From positions 1-64,000 of the IMG/VR virus record IMGVR_UViG_3300032038_000048: a stretch of 64,000 nt of DNA; one strand, given 5' to 3'. This DNA comes from a virus. Its lineage: Duplodnaviria > Caudoviricetes. Numbering within the stretch: the stretch's first letter is position 1; each line of letters begins with the position of its first letter. Shown in pieces: positions 54,531-64,000 of this stretch. The translations under genes were made by a program, and so were the position numbers. A model generated the notes under the pieces. It saw nothing but the letters and a program-made list of their open reading frames with translations. It was not told where the DNA came from and did not search any database.

Positions 54531-56270
54531 ATGGAAAGAAAAATTTATGCTAAGTTAGCAGAGAAAGCGAAAGAAGTTTTTGACTGCTTGGAGATTCCTT
54601 CTGGAGTGTATTCCGCAAAAGACGTGAATAACCTCATTCCGTTTACAACAAAAGGAGTAGACTCCGAAAAAATATCTACTCCAATTTATGATGGAAGATG
54701 GAAGATGGATCCGATGGAAACAATTTCAATTTCCGAAGGGAGTTTCGGCTGCGAATTTAAGGCGTGGCGTGTGTTCGCTTACATGGCTAAATTTGAGAAA
54801 CTTGTCCCTGCAAAAGACAGGGTGAAGTTTGAGAAAGTTGCCGAAGAAGGAACGCCAGTTCTTAATCTGACAGTACCAAAGAACATCGGAAAATTGCCGA
54901 AATGCGTTGGCAAAGATGAATTGCGCCCCGTAATGAATTACGTTTGCTATGACGTTGAACGTCATGCACTCGTTGCGACTGATGGGCACGTTTTATCTGT
55001 CGTTCACTGCGACTGCGAATTGTTGAGCGAAGAACACAAAACTTCGATGATATTGATTGACGCGTCTTTAATTAAAAAAGATGCTGAATTATCAATCTCA
55101 AAAACGGAGTTTGGGTATTGCACAAACAATATCGTTGTCAGTGAAATTAAATATCCAAAGTGGTACGCTGTTATTCCGCAATTCCATGAAGACGAAGGAA
55201 TAAAATTCAGTAAAGAAGCATGGAGAGTGTTGCAAAAGACAGTGAAAGAAATATCAAAAGCCTGCAAGATGGAATATATTCATTTGTTCGCAGACGAAGG
55301 AAATAATTCTATCACTGTCAAAGGAGATAACATTGACTATAATATCACTCAGGAGAAGAATATTGAAGTTCCCTGCGTGATAAGGAAATCATTCCATGTC
55401 GCGGTAAATGCGAAAAACTTCGCTAAAATAGACGAAGCAGATTCGATGTGGATTCAGGGCGGTGATTACGCTCTTGGGTTCTCGTCAAACGAAAACACTT
55501 CTATTCTTATGCCTTCACTTGCTTCTGGTATTATCGCTGCAGATAAGAGAGAGAGAACGATTGATTTGCTAGAACTCTCTGGTATTATCCGCAAGGAAGA
55601 AGATGCGATTATTCCCGCTCCGAAAGCGGAAGTAAAAGAAGCGGAAGTGAAGCATCTCCCTGTGCCAGTTGTAAAATCTTTGCCCATACCAGTGGTGAAG
55701 GTAGAAACAATGCCGGTTGCAATTCCTTGCGAGATTACACCTATTGTCGAAAAACAAATCGAGGATGCAGAAATCGTGGAGGAAATCAAAAACGAACCGG
55801 AGGAAGTTGCAGTTACAGAAAAGAAATCTGTGAACGGAATTTCAGAAGGCGACTTTGTGTCGCTGAAAATCTTCTCTGGAGAGGAAATAATTGCAAAGGT
55901 GCTGACATTTACAGATAATGGGCGCGTGCGCTTATTCGTAAAGTCTTGTACGTTCAATTTCTCTCTGGACGAGATTAAACCAACTGACGCGAAGAAGAAA
56001 ACATCTCCTACATGGCTGAAAGCCGGTAAAGCCCTGACAGACGGAAAATTTGTGAGCGAAATCACGAAAATAAATCGTTCGTCTGTAGAGTTTGCCGATG
56101 GCGAAACAAGGAAGTTACTCTATCTGCTAACAAACTGCCGCCCTGCAACTGAGGAAGAAAAATCTTCTGTTCAGGTCGTGACCGCGAAAGAAGTAGAGAT
56201 GCAACCGAAGAAAGAACGCTTCTCGTGGATAAAGAAAATCATCCGCAAGGCTGCAATCTTCTCATTCTAA
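54531..56270 (+). CDS. Protein with DNA polymerase III beta-clamp-like domain and C-terminal extension
   Basis: CVGKDELRPVMNYV..LVATDGHVL matches the clamp middle-domain motif; followed by a P/V/E-rich linker and small beta domains. Confidence 0.6.
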   Translation: MERKIYAKLAEKAKEVFDCLEIPSGVYSAKDVNNLIPFTTKGVDSEKISTPIYDGRWKMDPMETISISEGSFGCEFKAWRVFAYMAKFEKLVPAKDRVKFEKVAEEGTPVLNLTVPKNIGKLPKCVGKDELRPVMNYVCYDVERHALVATDGHVLSVVHCDCELLSEEHKTSMILIDASLIKKDAELSISKTEFGYCTNNIVVSEIKYPKWYAVIPQFHEDEGIKFSKEAWRVLQKTVKEISKACKMEYIHLFADEGNNSITVKGDNIDYNITQEKNIEVPCVIRKSFHVAVNAKNFAKIDEADSMWIQGGDYALGFSSNENTSILMPSLASGIIAADKRERTIDLLELSGIIRKEEDAIIPAPKAEVKEAEVKHLPVPVVKSLPIPVVKVETMPVAIPCEITPIVEKQIEDAEIVEEIKNEPEEVAVTEKKSVNGISEGDFVSLKIFSGEEIIAKVLTFTDNGRVRLFVKSCTFNFSLDEIKPTDAKKKTSPTWLKAGKALTDGKFVSEITKINRSSVEFADGETRKLLYLLTNCRPATEEEKSSVQVVTAKEVEMQPKKERFSWIKKIIRKAAIFSF

Positions 56271-56346
56271 AAAAAAGTGCTGTGCTGGATAAAACTGGCA
56301 CGGCATACAAACTCAAGAAATGTTTAACCTCAAAAAAATTACAATT

Positions 56347-57294
56347 ATGTTTGAAATCATTAAGAAGAGCGCGGCAATAATGCCGACAGTGAGAGAAACA
56401 ACAGTAGTGGATGACAACCGATTCTTCGACTGGGAGAAAAACAAAACGCAGGCGATAACGCTTGCGCAGTTAGAGCGCACACATCGCGAAACTGACGTGT
56501 ACGGAAAACCTCTCCGCGAGATTCAGCACTACGAGTTAATAAACAGCGTTGTGAATATGTGCAACGAAGTGGGTTATAATGTAGAAATCTACGACCTCTT
56601 CGCAGCGCAGAACAAAGACCGCACGCAGCCAGGTGTCGTGAAACTTCCGCAGGTTGAAGCGCAATTCGGAGAAAACGCAATCGAAGCGCATATCTTACGC
56701 AGAGTGTACGCGAATATCCGAATTAAAGACTTTGACGATGAAGAAACGACCACAAACCTCGCAGTGGCCTATCACCAGCGCGGCATCCAGATTGGTTTCG
56801 GTCCAAACGTGAAAATATGCCATAACCAATGTATGCTCTCTCCGCAATATTCCGTTTCGTCATACGGTGAGAAAGGGATGAAGCGCGGTGATGGTATGCC
56901 GATTCAAAAAATGCTTATCGCTGTTCGTGAATGGCTTGTGAACGCGAAAAGTATTATTACGGCTGACCGCGAGAAGATTGAACGGATGAAAAATACAGAA
57001 ATCTCCGCTGAACAGATAATCATGATGATTGGTATGCTGACCGCAATGAGAGTGAAAGTAGATTCATCTAACAAATCTATTCACGAAAACGCTGTCTATC
57101 CGATGAGCAACACGCAAATCAATCAGTTTACGGAAGATATGCTTGTCGCATACGCAGAACGAAGCCGCATCACAGCATGGGATGTTTATAACGCAGCAAC
57201 GGAGTTGTACAAGGCCCCGAAGATGGATATTCCGAATATCCTGCCGCAAAATCGTGCTATGGTTACGTTTATGAATGACTGGCTCAATCTCTAA
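56347..57294 (+). CDS. Hypothetical protein, DUF932-like
   Basis: IGFGPNVKICHNQC..ITAWDVYNAATE pattern; the family call is tentative. Confidence 0.5.
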   Translation: MFEIIKKSAAIMPTVRETTVVDDNRFFDWEKNKTQAITLAQLERTHRETDVYGKPLREIQHYELINSVVNMCNEVGYNVEIYDLFAAQNKDRTQPGVVKLPQVEAQFGENAIEAHILRRVYANIRIKDFDDEETTTNLAVAYHQRGIQIGFGPNVKICHNQCMLSPQYSVSSYGEKGMKRGDGMPIQKMLIAVREWLVNAKSIITADREKIERMKNTEISAEQIIMMIGMLTAMRVKVDSSNKSIHENAVYPMSNTQINQFTEDMLVAYAERSRITAWDVYNAATELYKAPKMDIPNILPQNRAMVTFMNDWLNL

Positions 57295-57446
57295 ACTCTC
57301 TCGCTAAAGAAATGACTGGTGCTGAAAAGTGTCAGTCATTACAATTAGTTTTTCATGGTTTGTAATGTGTTTGTTTTTTTTGGTGTGGTCTGTGAGAACA
57401 GGCTGCACCTTCAAGAATTATTACTCATCAAAAAATCAAAAACATT

Positions 57447-57923
57447 ATGCACAGTAAAATTTTTCAAATCACAAAAGAAAAACTTTCTAAAGAAGAGTAT
57501 ATTACCGAAAACACGTTTTACGACCACCTTCCAGAAGGTGCGGACTATGTTCAAAACCTCAGTAAAGAGGAAGCGGAAGCGTGTCTTTCATGGGTAGATG
57601 AGATGTTGAAAGGAATTTTCACTCGCAAGGGTCGTGAACTAACCTTTATTGGAGTTGAAACATTTATTGGGGAGTGGGTAGAAAAAATCAAAGAAAGCGC
57701 AAATGCGCTGACTGTTGAAAATATGAAAGATTCGCTTACTCTCTTTCGTCATAAAATGCTTTGCGAGAGGACACATAAAGATGTTTGGTTCCTCGTTTAT
57801 CAAGGCGCAGATGGCGAAGAATACGCCGACTTCTTTGCAGACTTTATCTGGTATCTTCATGCAACGGAAGTTAAGAAGGGTACGAAGTTTTATATCGGTG
57901 GCATCGTTGATTATCACTTCTAA
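57447..57923 (+). CDS. Hypothetical protein
   Basis: 158 aa ending FYIGGIVDYHF. Confidence 0.65.
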   Translation: MHSKIFQITKEKLSKEEYITENTFYDHLPEGADYVQNLSKEEAEACLSWVDEMLKGIFTRKGRELTFIGVETFIGEWVEKIKESANALTVENMKDSLTLFRHKMLCERTHKDVWFLVYQGADGEEYADFFADFIWYLHATEVKKGTKFYIGGIVDYHF

Positions 57924-57988
57924 AAAAGAACTTCTTGCGGATTGATATTCGCGAGAAGTACGATTATTAACCTCAAAATTCAAAAGTT

Positions 57989-58336
57989 ATGGAAATAAAA
58001 ATCACGAAAAGAAAGTTGTTGTGGCATCAGTCAAACGACATGTGCTGCAACTGGTATTGGGAAGTTCGCGGTCACATCATCAACGATGCAGGAACACGTT
58101 ACAAAAAGTTTGGTTTCGTTGTTCACTACGACTACGATGATATTGCAGAATGGTTTGAGCCAGAGAACGACATTTGTCCGGCTATCACGAAGAAGATGCA
58201 CCGCGAATATCTTGACGAAATGATTTTCTGCTCTTTCACCGACTACATCAAGTCTTACGATGATTGCAAAGTCTTCTATGAGCTTTGCCGTGAAAGTGTC
58301 GAGCATTACAGCAATATTTTGGGGCGTTGCGCCTGA
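57989..58336 (+). CDS. Hypothetical protein
   Basis: 115 aa after a hairpin element. Confidence 0.6.
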   Translation: MEIKITKRKLLWHQSNDMCCNWYWEVRGHIINDAGTRYKKFGFVVHYDYDDIAEWFEPENDICPAITKKMHREYLDEMIFCSFTDYIKSYDDCKVFYELCRESVEHYSNILGRCA

Positions 58337-58403
58337 AACTTTCTCACCGTCTGGAAGTACGACAACCTCCAGACTGGCTATTATTCACCAAAATTCAATT
58401 ATT

Positions 58404-58886
58404 ATGAAGACTTTAGAATTGACAAAAGTAGGCGAACATTACATGGATGGTGGTCTCTACAAAGACAAAGACGGAAAGTATTACGTTGATTGCCACCGCG
58501 AACCAAAAGATGATGGAGTGTCCGATGTTTACACCCTGTCACCATCCAACGAGCCAGACGGAGAGCCTGAGCGTTTAATTCATTGCCACATCAAGATTCT
58601 CAACCCAATGACGGAGAGCGAGAAAAAGCAGAAACTTTTTCAGTTTGAGTACATGATGCTTTCCAGACTAAATGACGATGCTGCCGCATACTTTGGTCGT
58701 CACGGAAACGAGGAAGAGGACAAATGGGATTGCAGGTATCACAATGAGCATAACATTTGGGGAAAAGACATTGAGAGTCATATTGCCGAAATGAAAAAAC
58801 TTTGGCAAAAGATTCCGTCAGACATCAAGCCCGAATGGTGTACCTGGGAGCAGATTTTAGAGTACGAAAGAAAAATCTCTGCCTAA
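58404..58886 (+). CDS. Hypothetical protein
   Basis: Start moved to MKTLELTK; C-terminal HIAEMKKLWQKIP..KPEWCTWEQI. Confidence 0.6.
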   Translation: MKTLELTKVGEHYMDGGLYKDKDGKYYVDCHREPKDDGVSDVYTLSPSNEPDGEPERLIHCHIKILNPMTESEKKQKLFQFEYMMLSRLNDDAAAYFGRHGNEEEDKWDCRYHNEHNIWGKDIESHIAEMKKLWQKIPSDIKPEWCTWEQILEYERKISA

Positions 58887-58942
58887 AACGATGGGGAGCG
58901 CAACAACTCCCCATCGTACCAATGAACCAATAAAATCAATTT

Positions 58943-59431
58943 ATGGAAGAAATCAGACTAACAGCAGAACTGAAAAAGAACTGCGAAACGAACCGAGAGA
59001 AACTTTCTAAACTAATGAAAGTGTATGACCTTTGCATACTTGGCTACGACATTCAAGAGCAAAGATGCAAAGATGTTTACAATAAAGTTTTGTCAGAAAA
59101 CGAGTTCTACGCAAAACGTGACTGCGGACGTTGTGAAGTCAAAATTGGCGAGAGGATAACAGACGAAAAGTTTGACTTCCTCCTTTCTGATGAAGACTTT
59201 GACCGTCTGAACGCTCTGGCTATCCCAATCTTTGTAGCCGAAGGCGTAACCGATGAAAACGGCTACTTCGTTGAAAACTGGGTGACTAAAAAAGTTCATG
59301 CTCGCAAAGAATTGGTAGAGTTTATTATCCAGAACATCGTACCAAACGAAATGCGCGAAAAGTTCTGGGAAGTAAGACGCAACATTGTGCAAACAGATAA
59401 ACTTATCTCAATCATGCGCTCAGTCGCTTAA
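58943..59431 (+). CDS. Hypothetical protein
   Basis: 162 aa after a hairpin. Confidence 0.65.
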   Translation: MEEIRLTAELKKNCETNREKLSKLMKVYDLCILGYDIQEQRCKDVYNKVLSENEFYAKRDCGRCEVKIGERITDEKFDFLLSDEDFDRLNALAIPIFVAEGVTDENGYFVENWVTKKVHARKELVEFIIQNIVPNEMREKFWEVRRNIVQTDKLISIMRSVA

Positions 59432-59545
59432 CTGCAAAACTTCTGTGGCCCTTGCCGACTACGGAAGTGCGATTATCCATCCCATCTGAAACCGAAACTT
59501 TCAGATGGGAACAATGATATTATTCACTCTAAAAATTATGAGACT

Positions 59546-60241
59546 ATGAAAGAAGTAAAAGTTAAACTCTACAAGTTCGAGGAACTTTCTGATGAAGTCA
59601 GGAAGTCAATCATTGACAAAGAGCGTTGGAATGTCGGCTACGGTACTATGGATGGTTACGCAAGCGATTACAAAGGTACGCTTAAAAAGTTTTCAGAACT
59701 GATGGGTGTCAAAGTCCACTATGAAGTTGACTATTGCGGCTATCATTTCTCTTTCGACTTTCAAAACGACTACGCCTTCGGAAACTATTGGCTCGACTAT
59801 TGTATCTCTCACGAAGAATGTACTGGAAAACTTCTCAGGCGTTGGCTGAACAACAACTTTATGCCGTATGCACTTAACGCAAAGAAGTATTACAAGTACG
59901 ATGCAGGCTACAACCGCGAGAAACACCGTTGGAACAAACAACGTTTCTCAAAGATTCAGCGTGAAAGTTGGGACAACTGCCCGCTAACTGGCATGTGTTA
60001 CGACTATGAAGTAATGCAGCCGATAGTCGAAACTCTGGCGAAACCTATCAGCAAAAGTTTCTCTCTTAATGATTTGGTTGAAAAATGTCTTAACCAATTC
60101 TTCAGTGCATGGCACAAGGAGTATGAATATTGGTGCGACACGGATTCAGCCATCGAGGAACAACTCACGGACAAGAACGAGGGAAGCCTTTTTTTCGAGG
60201 ACGGAACGAAGTTTGACGGTATCTACGAAGATGCAGCCTAA
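59546..60241 (+). CDS. Hypothetical protein
   Basis: 231 aa; KLYKFEELSDE..CPLTGMCYD..FFEDG. Confidence 0.65.
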   Translation: MKEVKVKLYKFEELSDEVRKSIIDKERWNVGYGTMDGYASDYKGTLKKFSELMGVKVHYEVDYCGYHFSFDFQNDYAFGNYWLDYCISHEECTGKLLRRWLNNNFMPYALNAKKYYKYDAGYNREKHRWNKQRFSKIQRESWDNCPLTGMCYDYEVMQPIVETLAKPISKSFSLNDLVEKCLNQFFSAWHKEYEYWCDTDSAIEEQLTDKNEGSLFFEDGTKFDGIYEDAA

Positions 60242-60317
60242 CTAACTTTTGTGGAGGTGACGCTCCACGAAAGTACGACTAATCAATAAATAATCATTTA
60301 ATCAACAAAAAATCATT

Positions 60318-60884
60318 ATGGCTAAAAAGATTGCAGGTAAGGAAAGACCTTACGATTACTATGAGTTTAAGTGCATCGTCGAGAAACTTGCTCGCGAGGC
60401 TTGTGTTCCAGCTATTGATGAACTTGATTACTTTGACTCTTGCAGGAATTACAATGCAACGGAGTATGGAGTTATCGATCGTGACGATTACGAAATCTTT
60501 TCTCAGACACGTTACGGTAACTGTGAGGGCATCTACTCAGACTTTTACCTCAGATACGGCGACACTGAAAAGAGAGTAATGGTTGCAAAGAACCTTTCTC
60601 GTGACGATTTTACATTTGTCAAAATGCACATCTTTGCCGCTCAGATAGTTCTGATTGCAAACAAGTACATTGAAAAGAATCAGGATGAATTTAACTGGAG
60701 AGGTTTTGACATATCTTATCTCAAAGAAAGCGGGAAAATCATACCTTATATGTGGTGCGGAAAGATTGAGAACACAAATAAGTATGTTCAAGAACTTCTG
60801 GCAAAGGACGATGTAGAGAAAGTGTTTATCCGTGACAACGCAACTCGCAAAGTCACGGAATGTCCAAAGAATAAGCAATCATAG
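60318..60884 (+). CDS. Hypothetical protein
   Basis: 188 aa after a hairpin element. Confidence 0.65.
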   Translation: MAKKIAGKERPYDYYEFKCIVEKLAREACVPAIDELDYFDSCRNYNATEYGVIDRDDYEIFSQTRYGNCEGIYSDFYLRYGDTEKRVMVAKNLSRDDFTFVKMHIFAAQIVLIANKYIEKNQDEFNWRGFDISYLKESGKIIPYMWCGKIENTNKYVQELLAKDDVEKVFIRDNATRKVTECPKNKQS

Positions 60885-60963
60885 TTTGCTAATTTTAGCG
60901 TGTGTTCGGGTGTAGTCATTGAAAGATGACTGCACCTTCTATCTTAACCAAAACTTTTCAATT

Positions 60964-61299
60964 ATGATTATCACAAGAGAAACAAAAGAGAGATTCGTTA
61001 AGATGCTCTCAAAGAAACAGATTGTAGTTGTCTGGCATAGACTTTCATCAAAGTCAAGCACCAGGAACTATAAGTTTATCGGTATGCAGAATGGCATGAA
61101 GTGGGATTTTACCTACACTATCATTGAAGCTACGGGATGCAAAACAAACGGAGAAAGCGGTTTTTGTGTCGCTGCAAGAGACTGGAGTTCAGACTATCTC
61201 GTTGAGAAGACTTTGAAATCTTTCAAGGAAGAAGGCATCAAGGTTCCTAAAAATGTTTTCGAGAATGTTGACGATTATCTTGCACACTTCGGAATGTAA
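60964..61299 (+). CDS. Hypothetical protein
   Basis: Start moved to MIITRETK. Confidence 0.6.
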   Translation: MIITRETKERFVKMLSKKQIVVVWHRLSSKSSTRNYKFIGMQNGMKWDFTYTIIEATGCKTNGESGFCVAARDWSSDYLVEKTLKSFKEEGIKVPKNVFENVDDYLAHFGM

Positions 61300-61361
61300 C
61301 TCTTTCGGTGGTTGTGAACCGAACTTCACAACCACTACGATAACTTTTAATACTTACAATT

Positions 61362-61604
61362 ATGGCTATAATAAACAAAGAAATCATCACTAATCAGGTG
61401 AAGCGCATCAACGAGAAAGCGAAGACTGATTTGCGGCTCGGAAGAAAGAACGGAACTTGGTATCTTTACACATCAAGCAACGGAACAGAATTTCCTCCTT
61501 ATCCTTTTAGTCGAGTGAACACGCACAGAACTTCCGCACAGATGATTGAGTATCTTGCAGGTTTGGAAGATGCCATCAACTACTTTCATAGGCAGAAGGT
61601 GTAA
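61362..61604 (+). CDS. Hypothetical protein
   Basis: 80 aa after a hairpin element. Confidence 0.6.
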   Translation: MAIINKEIITNQVKRINEKAKTDLRLGRKNGTWYLYTSSNGTEFPPYPFSRVNTHRTSAQMIEYLAGLEDAINYFHRQKV

Positions 61605-61757
61605 CAACCTCCTGTCTTTCCAAAACTTTTAATTCAAACAATTATGGAAATTAGGAATTGATAAGCCAAGAGAATACACATTTGACAAAGAATCTTTCGA
61701 TGCAGCAAACTCAATTAGCGAGTATGTTGAACTGATAAAGCAAAAAGGTCTATTATT

Positions 61758-62054
61758 ATGAGTTGGAAACCATGCAGAGGAAGCGGAATCATGTTTGACG
61801 ATGCTTTCAATCGGGAAATAAAGTATCGTAGTCTTTTGATTGACTACCAATACAAACCTGTCGGATTTATGCAACATTCCAAGACATATTATCATTGGCT
61901 GGTTGCAGAAAGAGATTTGCAAAAGTTCAACTTCCCAAGTTCAGCAAAGTCTCTTGAACAACTCTACGGGCAGATGATACCACCATCTACCCTCAAGAGT
62001 CTTGAGCAGCACAAGCATCTTTGCTACAAACCACTGCAAAGACTTATGCCTTAG
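61758..62054 (+). CDS. Hypothetical protein
   Basis: 98-aa ORF. Confidence 0.45.
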   Translation: MSWKPCRGSGIMFDDAFNREIKYRSLLIDYQYKPVGFMQHSKTYYHWLVAERDLQKFNFPSSAKSLEQLYGQMIPPSTLKSLEQHKHLCYKPLQRLMP

Positions 62055-62112
62055 TTCTAAAGAGTTGGGCTTAACACCCCAATTCTTTCCTATTCACCAA
62101 AATTCAATCATT

Positions 62113-62643
62113 ATGGAAAAGTATTTAAAAAGGCTATGCAAAGCAATTCTCGAAGACAGATTCAACGACGAGAATTACAGAAGAAGAAATTCGTGGTACG
62201 GTCGTGAAATCGAGACACAGCCATTGTTCTGTTCCTATGGAACAACCGGATTCACTGTTTCGGTCTATGACTTGAACGGAAGTCATTTCTGTGATGTAGA
62301 ATGGGATGGAGATTTAGGTAAACTCACGATTGATGAAGAACCGTGGAAAGACTACATCAATGAACTCTATCTTGAAGACTTTGACATCACATCAAACGGC
62401 AACGGAGAACTTGAGTGCTATACTGATGCGGGCGAAGACATGATAATAACGCTTGACAAAGTACGGAAAAAGAATCTGCAAGAGTACATTGACAACTTCG
62501 ACATCAACGAAAATGTTCTTATGTGGTGGCAGAACGGACAGCGTGGTAAAGGCGTGCCGTTCAACAATGTGAAAGAACATTACGAAGACTACGAAGCCTA
62601 TCTGGAAAAGTTGCAAAAAGCATGTGAAAAAATGCCCTACTAA
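62113..62643 (+). CDS. Acidic hypothetical protein
   Basis: Start moved to MEKYLKRL after the shared leader. Confidence 0.6.
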   Translation: MEKYLKRLCKAILEDRFNDENYRRRNSWYGREIETQPLFCSYGTTGFTVSVYDLNGSHFCDVEWDGDLGKLTIDEEPWKDYINELYLEDFDITSNGNGELECYTDAGEDMIITLDKVRKKNLQEYIDNFDINENVLMWWQNGQRGKGVPFNNVKEHYEDYEAYLEKLQKACEKMPY

Positions 62644-62704
62644 TCCACCAACTCCTTACGCTATGAAAAACGTATGGAGTTCGATTAACTTAACATTTAA
62701 ATAT

Positions 62705-62956
62705 ATGGGTACAATTCAAGAAACAGCAATGGACTTTATGCACAGAAATGAACATAATTTCTATGCGATTGGTCTGAAAGTAAGACTACGCATTTTCGGC
62801 AACGAAATTGACATTGAAAGCATTTGGTATTCAGACAAGGAAGACAAGATTTACATTCACGTCTGCTGCTTTGAATTTGAAGGAGATTTGGATATAGATT
62901 CTCTTTCTTGCGAAAACAAATCTATCCTCCAAAAAGCAATGGAGTCAAAGATTTAA
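62705..62956 (+). CDS. Hypothetical protein
   Basis: Start moved to MGTIQET. Confidence 0.55.
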   Translation: MGTIQETAMDFMHRNEHNFYAIGLKVRLRIFGNEIDIESIWYSDKEDKIYIHVCCFEFEGDLDIDSLSCENKSILQKAMESKI

Positions 62957-63023
62957 CCCAACCCATCAACTCCCTACGTCCTGACCAACGTAGAGAGTAC
63001 GATAAATTCTAAATCTTACAATT

Positions 63024-63203
63024 ATGAACAACTATCAGAAAAGGAAAGAAACTGCCCGTCAGAAAGCCATCGACTGGCAGTCAGAAGCAAGCGAACAGAA
63101 TTTGTCCTACGGAGAACTTGCAGAAATCGGAAACTTCTTCTACAAGCTCGGAAAGCGTTTCGGACTTCTCAGAGAGTTCCGAGAGAACGCTATTCCCTGC
63201 TGA
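63024..63203 (+). CDS. Small hypothetical protein (59 aa, not in ORF track)
   Basis: MNNYQKRKETARQKAIDWQ..RENAIPC after a hairpin element. Confidence 0.6.
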   Translation: MNNYQKRKETARQKAIDWQSEASEQNLSYGELAEIGNFFYKLGKRFGLLREFRENAIPC

Positions 63204-63272
63204 CACTCTCTTGGTAAGTACGATTTATCCCGTACTTGCCTCCATAATGTCTAACTCTAAAATTCAGTTATT

Positions 63273-64000
63273 ATGGAAAGAAAAGATTATGCAGACAAGT
63301 TTCGTGACATCAAGAACGAAATTCTAAACGAAATCCGTGAGCTCGTTCCAAGAGACAGCGCACACCATTTCAGTGAAAATTTCTACGTCCACTACATTGA
63401 GGGCGAAGTTGCGACAACAGAGATTTGTTCAGCCGTTGAAGTATGGAGTGATGGTATGGTGGCGTTCATCGTACATCGTGACACAACCGCGAAAGATGAA
63501 GTCATTGAGGGTGAAACGGTGTTCGGTTACGACTCCGATTCATTCCTTGACATTCTCGACCACTTGAAGAAAGACATTCGGGAAAAGAAACTTTCGCACC
63601 TGCGAGAAATCGTTAAGAAACATGAAGGGAGTGTCGATTTTGACGGAACTTTCGACTTCATCATTCATAATAGTGGTGACGATTATATCTGCCAACTGAC
63701 TGCGCTCCGAATTGCAAAAGACGGAAAGCTCGAAGTTGACGACATCTGCGATGGCGACAAGTTCACGAATCCAGAGGAGGAACTTTCTGACAAAGACCTC
63801 GACAAACTCATTGCCTATGTTGAAAGTAAGACCAAACGAAAGTTTGTGGTTCGCGTGTCCGGCTCGTTCTCTCGCACATTCGACATCGAAGCATCCACCT
63901 ATGAGGAAGCATTGGAGTTTGCAAAAACAGAATGGAAAGAAGATGCACCTCTTTGTCCTGATGATTCCAACGGTGAAGATTGGGAAGATTACACCTCGGT
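63273..64000 (+). CDS. Acidic hypothetical protein, truncated by window end
   Basis: Open from MERKDYADK to the end of the window with no stop. Confidence 0.65.
   Translation, partial: MERKDYADKFRDIKNEILNEIRELVPRDSAHHFSENFYVHYIEGEVATTEICSAVEVWSDGMVAFIVHRDTTAKDEVIEGETVFGYDSDSFLDILDHLKKDIREKKLSHLREIVKKHEGSVDFDGTFDFIIHNSGDDYICQLTALRIAKDGKLEVDDICDGDKFTNPEEELSDKDLDKLIAYVESKTKRKFVVRVSGSFSRTFDIEASTYEEALEFAKTEWKEDAPLCPDDSNGEDWEDYTS

Larger units (their letters stand above)
53194..63240 (+). repeat. Dispersed family of intergenic hairpins carrying an AGTACGA-like motif (about 10 copies)
   Basis: Copies at 53194-53228, 54206-54237, 57930-57963, 58349-58374, 59439-59472, 60245-60278, 61308-61340, 62650-62684, 62969-63002 and 63213-63240. 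Confidence 0.75.

Noticed and set aside
53194-63240. CRISPR array or integron interpretation of the repeated hairpins
   Set aside because: Copies are not sequence-identical, spacing is whole genes, and no cas or integron-integrase gene is in the window.
1-64000. Stop-codon recoding (alternative genetic code)
   Set aside because: Long genes (TMP, hub, TerL, portal) are intact in the standard code, and TAA, TAG and TGA all terminate genes.

Overview
The window is 64 kb of a large tailed phage (or prophage) of a Bacteroidota host. Host evidence: TTTG-N19/20-TAnnTTTG promoters and AT-rich, SD-less translation starts. It has a long tape measure and no recognisable tail sheath, so it is probably a siphovirus. 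No integrase, tRNA or CRISPR array was seen. Left to right: (1) the C-terminal half of a fragmented, modular C5 DNA methyltransferase, a GNAT protein and dUTPase (+); (2) a minus-strand late block (4-39 kb) with u-spanin, a complete diversity-generating retroelement (target-avd-TR-RT), endolysin, holin, tail genes, a 2662-aa tape measure, tail chaperones with a -1 slippery site, a three-gene glycosylation cassette, tail tube, head-tail genes, major capsid, decoration and scaffold; (3) a plus-strand packaging block (intein-containing TerL, portal, minor head protein); (4) a minus-strand block with a RuvC-like resolvase and an SF3 helicase; (5) an AT-rich, skew-switching probable origin; (6) a plus-strand array of small, probably early genes separated by a conserved hairpin+AGTACGA element. 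The most interesting candidate is a virion O-glycosylation system: a GT-A glycosyltransferase, a DUF4422 protein and a Stealth phosphotransferase lie directly behind the tail-tube gene, and capsid and tail tube both end in Ser-rich C-terminal tags. All family assignments come from motifs recognised by eye; no database searches were run.
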